DNA from: Octopus sinensis | Lineage: Eukaryota | Direction of reading: 5' to 3' | NCBI RefSeq assembly: GCF_006345805.1 | Contig: NC_042997.1 | Coordinates: 79,298,001 to 79,362,000 of the forward strand | DNA: 64,000 bases | In this document: piece by piece, positions 54,202 through 64,000 of the stretch | Numbering within the stretch: the stretch's first letter is position 1 | Layout of the letters: every line of letters begins with the position of its first letter | Translations under genes and position numbers: made by a program | The notes under the pieces: generated by a model | What the model saw: the letters and a program-made list of their open reading frames with translations, nothing else | Databases searched by the model: none | Told to the model about the DNA's origin: nothing

Positions 54202-55454
54202 CACAGACATGACAGAAGTAAATAGACACGCCACAAAACATTGTTTTATGTTTATTCTAACTTGTAAAGGTTTATATATTTTTTAATTGACGTCTTTATG
54301 TTTCAGGTTGTATATGTAACTGTTTAATATATGTAACTGTTAAATCATGCCATGTACAAAAGAAGCATTGGAATTGTCTGAATTTCAAAGAGGCCGTATT
54401 GTGGGTCATTCTGGAGGTGGACATAGCGTAAAATTGCAGGAAACCTTGGGATCCCACTTTCTACAGTTCATAGAGTGATTGTGCAATTCACCAGTAAGAG
54501 GAAAGAGTCCACATCACCTCACCCAGATCAACCAGGGCTCTCTGACAGGACCCTTCTCTTTGCTAAGACAAATGTAAAGGATAATCCGCGTTGCAAGGCC
54601 TCTGACACAGCAGAACAAATTTGAACTGATGTCAGGTATCTTCACAAACTTGATTACTATGGCAGAGCAGCAAGAAGGAAGCCTCTTCTTCGACCAGCCA
54701 ACATCAAGCGGACAAAATATTAGGCCAGTGAGATGGTGGAGAGGCCACTAGCATTTTGAGATACTGTCTTATTCTCTGATGAGTCCAGATTTGCTGTATT
54801 TCCTGACCAGTAGTCGAGTGTGGGTCCGGAGACTATGTGATCAAGAATTTGATGTGAAAGGATTGCAACCGACAATGAAACATGGCAGCTATTCTGTGAT
54901 GGTCTGGAGAGCAATTTGGAGCAATGGTTGATTAGAGCTGGTGGAGTATGAGGGAAACACAAACTCAGATAGCTATGTATCTATTTTGCAGAAAGGACTC
55001 CTTCCTAGCTTCTCCAGTGGTGAAATGATTAAAGAAGACTTTTTATTTATGGAATATGGGGCTCCTTGTAACACGGCTAAAATGACCCAAGATTTATTGA
55101 TTAAGAATGGCATTAAAAAGCTTCCATAGGCAAGCCAGTCACCAGATATGAACCCTATTGAACACCTCTGGGACATAATGGACAGGACACTTCATTAAAA
55201 GAACTAGAAAGCATCTTCAAAGCCAGATCTTTTGAGATTACTGCATGAAACTTGACAAGAAATTCCGCAAGAGAATATTTATCATCTGATCAGTAGCATG
55301 CCTAATAGGGTCCTTGCACTGAAAAATGCAAAGGGCATATCTACTAAATATTAGATATTCACATTATAACAATAAATAATTTGAATGTATAATTTCAGGT
55401 TTAAAGAAATTTTGATAATGATAAGGGTGTCTATTTACTTCTGTTATGTCTGTG
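54202..55454 (+). mobile_element. Tc1-like (DD34E) transposon, degenerate
   Basis: About 28-bp TIRs cacagacatgacagaagtaaatagacac / gtgtctatttacttctgttatgtctgtg with TA flanks. Motifs ILFSDESRF and SPDMNPIEHLW. Confidence 0.9.
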
Positions 55455-57559
55455 TACATAGGTATACACACGCACGCACACACACATAAGTATATATCAA
55501 GACATATATACATACATACGCACTCACGTATATATTTATACATACACATACATACAGGTAGTGACACCACAAAAACAAATATATTCCGCACAAATATCAT
55601 TATAAAGATATAGTACTGCTACATGTGCAAACAAGTATTTTTCCACGCCGATCAAAAATTATTAATGAGTTTAAACTTTTTGTGTGCAGTGACTTCATTA
55701 TAAGTTTTCTATGGTCATTTCCTGTTGTACAAGGATACAATTTATTTGTATCCTTATCTATTTTATAGCAAATTCAGGTTTTATAAAATTTCCGTTTGCA
55801 TTAAACTACTGCAAATTTCCTGGTTATAAATAACAATTAAGATCTTTGTAAAGTAGATCGTTTGTCTTTACTATTTGTTACACTGGTGCAGGGCTGCATG
55901 TAACTATGAGAAATGTGTAGTAATTTGATTCCTTAGTAGTAAGTGTCTGATATTTATGAAATTTGAGACTCTTAGAAGTATGAAATTGATCTCAGAGTTA
56001 TGAAAGTTGTAACTCTCTACATCTGAAGCTTAAAACATAAACTTTCTTTTAAACTAGACACATCATTGTGTTTATATCAATATCATATTCAAGATTTAAG
56101 ATATATAAACTTGTTTGAAGAATTGGAAAAAAATGTCGATCAAATATTATTAATTTTGAATGTTGTAACTCTAGATTAGGTCCGCTCGAACATGTCTTTG
56201 TTCAAAGGCTTACAATCAAATACTGTCTTAAACATGGCATATCTAGAACTACATTATCCAATGTGCACATACTTTTAAAAGTGAATTAGAGATTCGGCTG
56301 CTATTTCTAGCAAACTGAAAGACAGCATAGAGGCTCCTTCGTTGGCTCGTACTTTGGAAAACGATAGTGTTTTGTTCTGTTGATAAACATCATTCTATGT
56401 TTAATATGATGAGATATGTTTCGATACTTGTTAAATATATGAAGTAGGAAACTTAAGTGATAGCTTTGCTCAAATCAATGTATTACATCTAAGTCTGTCA
56501 AAAGTAAATATTTTAGAATCCTTTAAAAATAAACTCAGGTGTTAATATTTATTTTCACCATATTGGTTTATTTTGTCAAAGCAAAAGATCACATTTGTAG
56601 AGAAGAAATGTATTTGATTGAATCCAACTACCATATTTTTCTAAGCGGTGCATTACTATCGCCAAGACAGGAATGAAAAACAAAACGAGGATAATAAAGA
56701 ACCGAAATTAAATGCTAAAAACCCTTTGTGTGACGTTCTACCATCCTGGGTATAGCCATCGTTTTTTTTTTAGAAACAATGGGGACGTTTATATTATTAT
56801 CAGATACTTAGTGATGTCAGTCAAGTAAAACGGTAACAACTGGGAATCGAAACTGGATTGCAGATTCTATTCCATTAAATCACTTAATAACACCAGGGTT
56901 TTAAAGGAAAGTTAGGATGTCGACTTAACCCATAATTTCATCAGCCACTGAGTTTTGCAATACAAAGTCAACTTCGGCGAGTCTTTTACTGCGTCGGAAA
57001 ATTAATTTTAATTGTTCAGTAGACATCATACACAAATAGTGAGGAAACAGACTGTTGGTATAATTTCGTTAAACATGTCTACGTGTAAACAACTTTATTG
57101 TCAGCACTAGTAGTTACAATAAGTATTCTGATAATTTGAGAAGTTAATCACTTCTACAAAAAAACTAATCAAACTAAATTGTGGACAAAAGATTTCTTAT
57201 GCAATACAACCTGGTTCTTTCAAAAAAAAAATCATTATTCATTATACAAAAGTCGTTGCAGCTATTGTATCTTACAACACAGTCTTAGTTTCTTACAGAT
57301 AAGGCTATTTTTTGGGAAGGAAACATAGTCTATTATATCTATTTCAGTAATCCAACCTGAAGTGATGAAAAGTAAAGCCAACCATGGTGGAATTTGGATT
57401 CAGAACGTAAGGTATCGAAACTTAATTTAGTAATGTATTTGTTTGATATTACAATTTCAACCAATTGGCTTCATAATATACGATGAGAACGTTTTAAACG
57501 CTGTATAATCTGTGAAGAGAAGTTATAGGTTTCAAACGAAGTATCAATAAATATTTTCT

Positions 57560-57756
57560 TACATTATTTACATTCGACGAATATTTGTCCTCATCTTGTT
57601 TGTTGTTAACACAACGTTTCGGCTTATATACCCACCAGCCTTCTTCAGGTGTCTTGAGGGAAATTTCGAACCTGGGTTCTCATTCCTAAGGTATTTTTCG
57701 ATGTTATTATTGTTCAAGTCACTACTTGGAATCGAACTCGGAATCTTGGGGTTAGT
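57560..57756 (-). mobile_element. Hammerhead-bearing tRNA-headed element, copy A (head truncated)
   Basis: B-box gagttcgattcc is retained. Hammerhead at 57608-57653. Confidence 0.8.
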
Positions 57757-57848
57757 TATAGCTGTTTGAAATAGTCAATTATTTTAGAGGCCAGCTGCCT
57801 AGTGATTACCACTGTTCAGTCAAAACTGGAGATAAAGAAAATATTTCA

Positions 57849-58127
57849 GTTCTCTATTTAAGAGATGAGGAATTATGTACATTATTTGTATTATTTATAT
57901 TCGACGGATATTTGTCCTCATCTTGTTTGTTGCTAACACAACGTTTCGGCTGATACACCCTCCAGCCTTCTTTAGGTGTCTTGAAGAAATTTCGAACCTG
58001 GGTTCTCGTTCCTAAGGTATTTTTCAATGTTATTATTATTATTATTGTTCAGATCACTGCTGGAAATCGAATTCGGAATCTTGGGGTTAGTAGCCCGCGC
58101 TCTTAACCACTACGCCATCTGCCCGTG
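57849..58127 (-). mobile_element. Hammerhead-bearing tRNA-headed element, copy B (full length, core mutated)
   Basis: Head gggcagatggcgtagtggttaagagcgcgggctactaacccc with an A-box. Hammerhead at 57935-57980 reads CTAAAGA instead of CTGAAGA. Confidence 0.8.
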
Positions 58128-58340
58128 ATTAAGAGCGCGGACTACTAACCCCAAGATTCCGAGTTCGATTCCAAGTAGTGACTTGAACAATAATAACATC
58201 GAAAAATACCTTAGGAATGAGAACCCAGGTTCGAAATTTCCTCCAAGACACCTGAAGAAGGCTGGTGGGTATATCAGCCGAAACGTTGTGTTAACAACAA
58301 ACAAGATGAGGACAAATATCCGTCGAATGTAAATAATGTA
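58125..58340 (+). mobile_element. Hammerhead-bearing tRNA-headed element, copy C
   Basis: Inverted relative to A and B. B-box intact; A-box partly lost. Confidence 0.8.
58247..58292 (+). ncRNA. Minimal type I hammerhead ribozyme
   Basis: Stem I gacac/gtgtt, core CTGAAGA, stem II ggctg/cagcc, then GAAAC-GTT. Stem III is palindromic (AACGTT) and the cleavage triplet is GUU. Confidence 0.8.
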
Positions 58341-58409
58341 AGAAAATATTTATTGATACTTCGTTTGAAACCAATAACTTCTCTTCTCAGATTATACACT
58401 TACTTCCTG

Positions 58410-58640
58410 TGTTCGTGACGCTTCATCAACCAAGAGGAGGTGGAAGCTTCAATGAAGGAGTTCTTTGCCTCGAAGGAGAAGAACTGATATCAGCGTGGGA
58501 TCAAAGAACTGACAGAAATGTGGCTTTAAACGACACAACACGATGGTCTCTACTTTGAATGCTAGGCTGCTTTTGTTGTAATTTGACGAATAAATCAAAT
58601 AAGTTACCAAAATATTGCAAACTTTTGACTGAGCACAATA
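58410..58640 (+). mobile_element. mariner 3' fragment
   Basis: NQEEVEASMKEFFASKEK..RGIKEL..HDGLYFE, with a TIR-like end aaacttttgactgagcacaata. Confidence 0.7.
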
Positions 58641-60304
58641 TTTTTATTTCATTTTTTTTCTATACTGTAATTTTCTTTCTAATTTTTCTTTTCCCAATAG
58701 ATTTATGAAATACTTTCTGATAATATGGTAAATAACTTACATCATTTTCCTATTTCTTCAAAAGAAAAGAAACCAATATTTGTATAATATTAATAGACGC
58801 AACTACAAGTATGCTCCTGGTGAGACGATTCTGATATACAACTTCGATTTCCGTTACTGGAAGCCATTTTAATTCATTTTTATGACTCCGGGAAAAATGA
58901 ATGCTATTTCATCGCAAACACACACCCACAAAAATACAGAGACCTATTCCTAGCGAAAAGGAATTGATATTATTTTAATCACGATTGGTGAAGACAGCTG
59001 TAAAAGTAGAAAATCGAACTAAACACATGGCAGTATTGAATCTTACCCTTTAACGTTCAACATTTCAAATAACGCCAGGGGTGTGGGATTAAATAAGCAT
59101 CTCGCAGACGATTGAAAGACATAAATATGTTTTTGCGCCGTAAGGTCGTTGGAGGAGTCAAAATGGTAGAGTGACGGATTAAATGCTTTTCTGCATTTAA
59201 GTTCGGTTATATTCTGAGTTAACATTCGACACAATTGGCTATATTCTGCATACTTTCAGGATCAGTAATGTAATATAGTCAGTCATCTAAATCTCTTTTA
59301 AAGAAAATTTTAGAGTTTGGACGGAGTTTCGCTGAGTATGTGTAATGTTGTGTTGAGGACAAAGCGAGCTGCAAGTGTGGAGGCTTACTCAGTGAGAGCG
59401 AAACTTCTCAAGTCATTTTGGTTGAGAAGTAGTAAGAAGGAAGATTTTGTAAAGTTTGTGAAGGTCCTCGGGACCAAAAGGTAACATGAAAGTTTTATTA
59501 AGAATATTAGTTTCAAAATTTGGCTCGAGGTCAGTAATTTCGAAGGATGAAAGGCAAGGTCGACCCCGACAGCATTTGAACTTAGAACATGAAGTCGGAA
59601 GAAATGCTGCTAAGCATTTTGTTTGTTGCAGTAACGATTCTGCCAGATCGTCGCCTTGTTAAAAATATTAAAAATATTTTTAGTGTTATGGAGATTAGTG
59701 GATGATAGAATTAAAGTCTAGACAAAATGCCTCTTAGCATTTAGTTGCATCCATTTACTTTGTCGTTCATCTTTGTTTTGGTCCAAAACAAAAACAAGTC
59801 ATGCATCAGGTCAGTTTGACTGTTCATGAGATATGGAGCCAATATCTGAAATCTCTATTGAAATATGTCAAATGAAATGCAAGTTCCAGGAGAACCTACT
59901 CTGCAACACGGTTTCAATTGTTAAGTGAAATCATTCATTTACCTTACGCCAATAATACCTGCTGTGCCATGAAACTAGGATGAGATGAAGTTTTCTTTTA
60001 TAACATCAAAACGATTTAGTTGTTTACTCAAAGACTAACTTTTTATAGCCAAATAAAACAACTCCGTTATGTTACAGATCAAATTTACCATTCTTTTCTC
60101 TTCAAGTCTATTTGTTATGCAGCAAGTATACGAGCTTCCTTTTTTGGTCTGGGAAAATGCATTTTTTCCCCCCACAGAATAACCTTAAATTATTCATTGA
60201 CGTTGTTCTTTGTCCTGGATGAGCTATCAACAGAACGCATGCACTCATGTTGACATTCACATGTACTTCTAAGAGCAAAATTTTCTATTTCATTACTTTC
60301 GTCA

Positions 60305-60921
60305 TAAGGCGGCGAGCTGGTAGAAACGTTAGCACGCCGGGCGAAATGCTTAGCGATGTTTTGTCTGCCGCTACGTTCTGAGTTCAAATTCCGCCGAGGT
60401 CGACTTTGCCTTTCATCCTTTAGTGGTCGATTAAATAAGTACCAGTTACGTACTGGGGTCGATATAATCGACTTAATCCCTTTGTCTGTCCTTGTTTGTC
60501 CCCTCTGTGTTTAGCCCCTTGTGGGTAGTAAAGAAATACGTATTTCGTCTGCCGTTACGTTCTGAGTTCAAATTCCGCCGAGGTCGACTTTGCCTTTCAT
60601 CCTTTCGGGGTAGATAAATTAAGTACCAGTTACGCACTGGAGTCGATGTAATCGACTTAATCCGTTTGTCTGTCCTTGTTTGTACCCCCTATGTTTAGCC
60701 TCTTGTGGGCAATAAAGAAATAAGGATCGTTAATACGTCGGGCGAAATGCTTAGCGTATTTCATCTGTCGGTACGTTCTGAGTTTAAATTCCGCCGAGGT
60801 CGACTTTGCCTTTCGTCCTTTCGGGGTCGATAAATTAAGTACCAATTGTGTACTGGAGTCGATCTAATCGACTGGTCCCCTCCCACCAAATTTCAGGTCT
60901 TGTGCCTAGAGTAGAAAAGAT
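60305..60921 (+). mobile_element. Three tandem tRNA-derived Nin-type SINE units
   Basis: Units at about 60305-60539, 60540-60723 and 60724-60921. They share B-box gagttcaaattcc and core gaggtcgactttgcctttcatcctttcggggtcgataaattaagtacc (Nin/Deu-like). A reverse fragment lies at about 59500-59660. Confidence 0.85.
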
Positions 60922-61129
60922 AACTTTTCATCATCAACTCTTCCGCTACATCGTAATATTCTTAATAATTTCCTCTTTCTACATTCACTTCCAGTCAGTC
61001 TTAATTCTTCCTGGATGTGTATTTATACTGTTCAATGAAATTCAATGTTTCTCTACGGATTGGTTTCCGCTCTCAATGTCTCATTGGTGGGGAGTATGTA
61101 TTTGGTGTGAGCTGTGTAGGTTGCGTGTG

Positions 61130-61400
61130 GATAACACCTTGTGTGGGAGGTCATGGATGAGTGAAGAGTGATATTTTCTGTCTGGTGACAGTTTTGTTAT
61201 AAATGATAGCGTGAAGGTCGTTAATACAGAGCAGAAAGAGTGTGAAAGATATTACTGAATACTGGGGTATTGATAGAACGTGGATCAAAAAGTTTGTAGT
61301 TACAAGCCTCAATGATGTGTTATTAGAAGCTTTTGATCTCAGGCCCGAGAGACTGATGGAACCCATGATCCACATAAGAACGTTGATTAGTCAAGATTAT
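61130..61400 (-). mobile_element. LINE RT fragment (CR1/Jockey-like)
   Basis: SIPQYSVISFTLFLLCINDL resembles GVPQGSVLSPTLFLLFINDL. Confidence 0.55.
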
Positions 61401-61879
61401 TTATCAAAAAGACAATAACTACTGAGAACAGCATTTACCAGAGCTGGGGATATAAAGTCGGAACTTGGTCTCAAGTCACCTGATGAGATATGCAGCTTAT
61501 TCTGTCTTGGGTGAATAAAATTCGTTTATCATTAGAAGTAGTAGCACAACTCGTTTCTTGCACGTAATAAGGAACTGGTTTAAGGCAGATGTAATTGGAT
61601 CCATTTACTTGCCATCTTCTCTAAAATGGCCTGTATATACTATTATGAATGTCATTGTGCATGCATCTCCGTGTGTGTATAAAGAGAAATTTCTTACAGA
61701 GTATAAACCAGCCGTCATTCGTGAGTGAGCATGGTTCGGTAACATGTACTTTACTTACACAATTTTTTTTAGGTTCCTATATAATTACAATCAGACATAG
61801 GCACCTTTTCAACCCTCCTACTTTTGACCTAAGGAATGACGGCTGGGAGGAGAGGGCTGGAACTTAATACTACTAATTA

Positions 61880-61992
61880 GATTTCAAAAACGCGAAATTA
61901 AGCGCCTTGCTCAAGAACGTAACTCGCCGCGTGACCAAGGAACTGAACTCACGACCTTATGAGAACCGAGTATCTTAACCGCTAGGCTATGC
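61880..61992 (-). mobile_element. tRNA-derived CORE-type SINE fragment
   Basis: The reverse strand reads tagcctagcggttaag..gtgagttcagttcc..gttcttgagcaaggcgctt. Confidence 0.55.
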
Positions 61993-62921
61993 AAGGGATT
62001 TAAATTAGTCACGTTTATGTATTTTTATTTTCTAAAACATTTCCTCCAAGGTGTGTGCTTCCGTTTCCCATTGTATATATTATCAAATTAGTAATATCTC
62101 AGTATCAGGCATGAGAAAGTTTTAGCAAAATAACTAACTATAGCTTACATATGATTATTACTTTAATCGGAAGTTCACTGTCACGTTGCCCTATCACATT
62201 GTTTGCTGGCGGGACTCTCACCAACCCTTATTCTGCCAATTCCTTACTTTAGCAATTGATTATATCATTAGTGCTTTTTTCCTCTACTGTAATACGCTAT
62301 TTACTGTTGACCATAGCTTTACACACAAACGCAAATTATAGCAAACTGCACAAAAGTATCTCACAAACTTTTTATCAAGCATGTATATTTTCCACAGAAA
62401 GAAATCGAAAACCATAATATTCCATAAGACCTTTAAGCATCAGAAGGTCGAGTAAACCTGTGTAACGGTCACACATTAAAAAAAAGCAAAAAAAAAGAGG
62501 ATGATTCCAAACAATAGAAGCGCGGATTTATTTTCATATCCAAGAAATCCTTTTACTTCTCAACAACTACTAACACTTTACATTGTACAGATATCCAAGG
62601 AGGTTAAAGTACTTCTCAGACATCTAAGAGGATGCATCCCTTATATAAGCGCATATCTTTAAATTCTTCCCTTTTTCACTTTCGATCGTCAACTGGATGC
62701 CTTTCTTTTAAAGTACATGTCTGAGCAACCAAGAGCGGATCTTTACACTAAGTTGGGTCGTGTTATCTGCATACACTGAAAGAATATCAAGTGCAAATAC
62801 TTGTACACAGATCTGACATTCACCTGATATTGTTTGGGTATGCAAATTAGATCGACCTAACAAAGTGCCTCAATTTAAGTACCTCCGTCTTCCTCTTCTC
62901 TTAGACCTTCCTTCGTTGCCT

Positions 62922-62957
62922 GTTTCTGACGAAGAGCTTTGCTCGAAACGTAAAAAC
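62922..62957 (+). ncRNA. Minimal type I hammerhead ribozyme, second family
   Basis: gttt-CTGACGA-a-gagc-ttt-gctc-GAAAC-GTA-aaaac. Core intact, stem II 4 bp, stem I weak (3 bp, then an extra A). Confidence 0.7.
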
Positions 62958-63264
62958 TACCTTTCTTTCCTTCCCTGACTATCTGCTATTACTTTGCGCG
63001 TACCACCTGCTGAATCCTTCAACAATCATGCACCCTCGACCAGGTGACCCTGCTGAAATGGGTCAAAACCTAGTTTGTGTCCAGCTAGCGCTACTTCAGG
63101 TAGACCTACTCATCCATAAGTCTCATCTCTTAATTCTAAGACAACTTGAGGTGCCTTCGACTGCCTTAGCTGCGACGCTGCGGCATCCACAGTTTCTGCT
63201 GCTCTTCACTTACGCCCTGTCTTGACCTCAATACTAGCCTGAATTACACACACACACACACACA

Positions 63265-63295
<31 letters not shown>

Positions 63296-63349
63296 CATAC
63301 AGATATCTCTCTCCCTATGTGTATGTGTATGTGTGTGTTTGTGTGTACA

Positions 63350-63389
<40 letters not shown>

Positions 63390-64000
63390 CATCAATCTAT
63401 CCCCCTTCTCTATATATGTGTGTATATTTGTATGTATTTATAATGCAGTGTTACCTGCATTTTTATTTAAAAGAGCAATTGGCAAAGCTGAAATTCATTT
63501 GATCGTAAGTTTATTTATGCTTGACTAAACAACATTACGCAAATGCGGAAATATAGTTCTGGGAGTTATTTTCTTAAAGAGACTCTATTAAATCTTGTAC
63601 GACGCTATTCTTTCTATTCTTTTATTCTTTCCTTCTTTCTATCAGTCCTTTCACGCTTACTTCGCTCATTCCACTCTTCGTTCTTTCGTTCCCCTCTCTC
63701 ACATTTCCTTGCCTCCTCTTTTCACTTCTCTGTGTCCCTGTCATTTTTTCTCGCCCCTCATTATGTTGTCTGTCCCTCTACCTCTCTCTCTTCTCTCCCC
63801 ACGTGACTGGTGTTCGGCCAAGCCTGACCTTTCTTGGCTCGGCCGCCGTCCGTGCAACATCTGTATTCCTTCCTGTACCTGTGAAATCTTGTATCCCTAC
63901 CGTAAGGCTTTATTTCCATACACGCCAGCTTAATCTAATTCATCCTTAGTCGAAAGACACCTGTTGTTATGTCTTGTTATTTGCATTTGTATTTGTGTAA

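Noticed and set aside
58050-58127. Bona fide tRNA gene
   Set aside because: Poor acceptor and T stems, an atypical ACT anticodon without a variable arm, and it is embedded in a repeat. Treated as a SINE head.
62480-62780. Possible CR1/L2 LINE 3' remnant (FDRQLDAFL)
   Set aside because: Only one short motif; too degraded to annotate.

Overview
AT-rich eukaryotic DNA, densely packed with microsatellites and transposons. The repeat content (tRNA/Nin- and CORE-type SINEs, TA/CA/TACA/AAT/GATA tracts) best fits an octopus-like cephalopod; this is inferred, not checked. Only one intact host gene is evident: an intronless Speedy/RINGO CDK-activator CDS (1011-2237, minus). A decayed, unidentified multi-exon gene remnant may lie at about 42.9-45.4 kb (minus). 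The rest is mostly mobile DNA: several Penelope-like (PLE) fragments, mariner/Tc1/pogo relics, a CRE-like and other REL-endonuclease LINEs, three head-to-tail R4/Dong-like LINEs joined by (AAT)n, a young Tx1/L1-clade LINE inside (GATA)n, a truncated Gypsy element, Helitron-like elements and SINEs. The most striking finding is a ~280-bp element joining a tRNA-like Pol III head to a minimal type I hammerhead ribozyme (three copies in a foldback, 57.5-58.4 kb). Two unrelated hammerhead motifs also occur (62.9 kb near-intact, 9.4 kb degenerate). There are no CRISPR, rRNA or prokaryotic features. All alignments, counts and translations beyond the supplied ORF track were done by eye.
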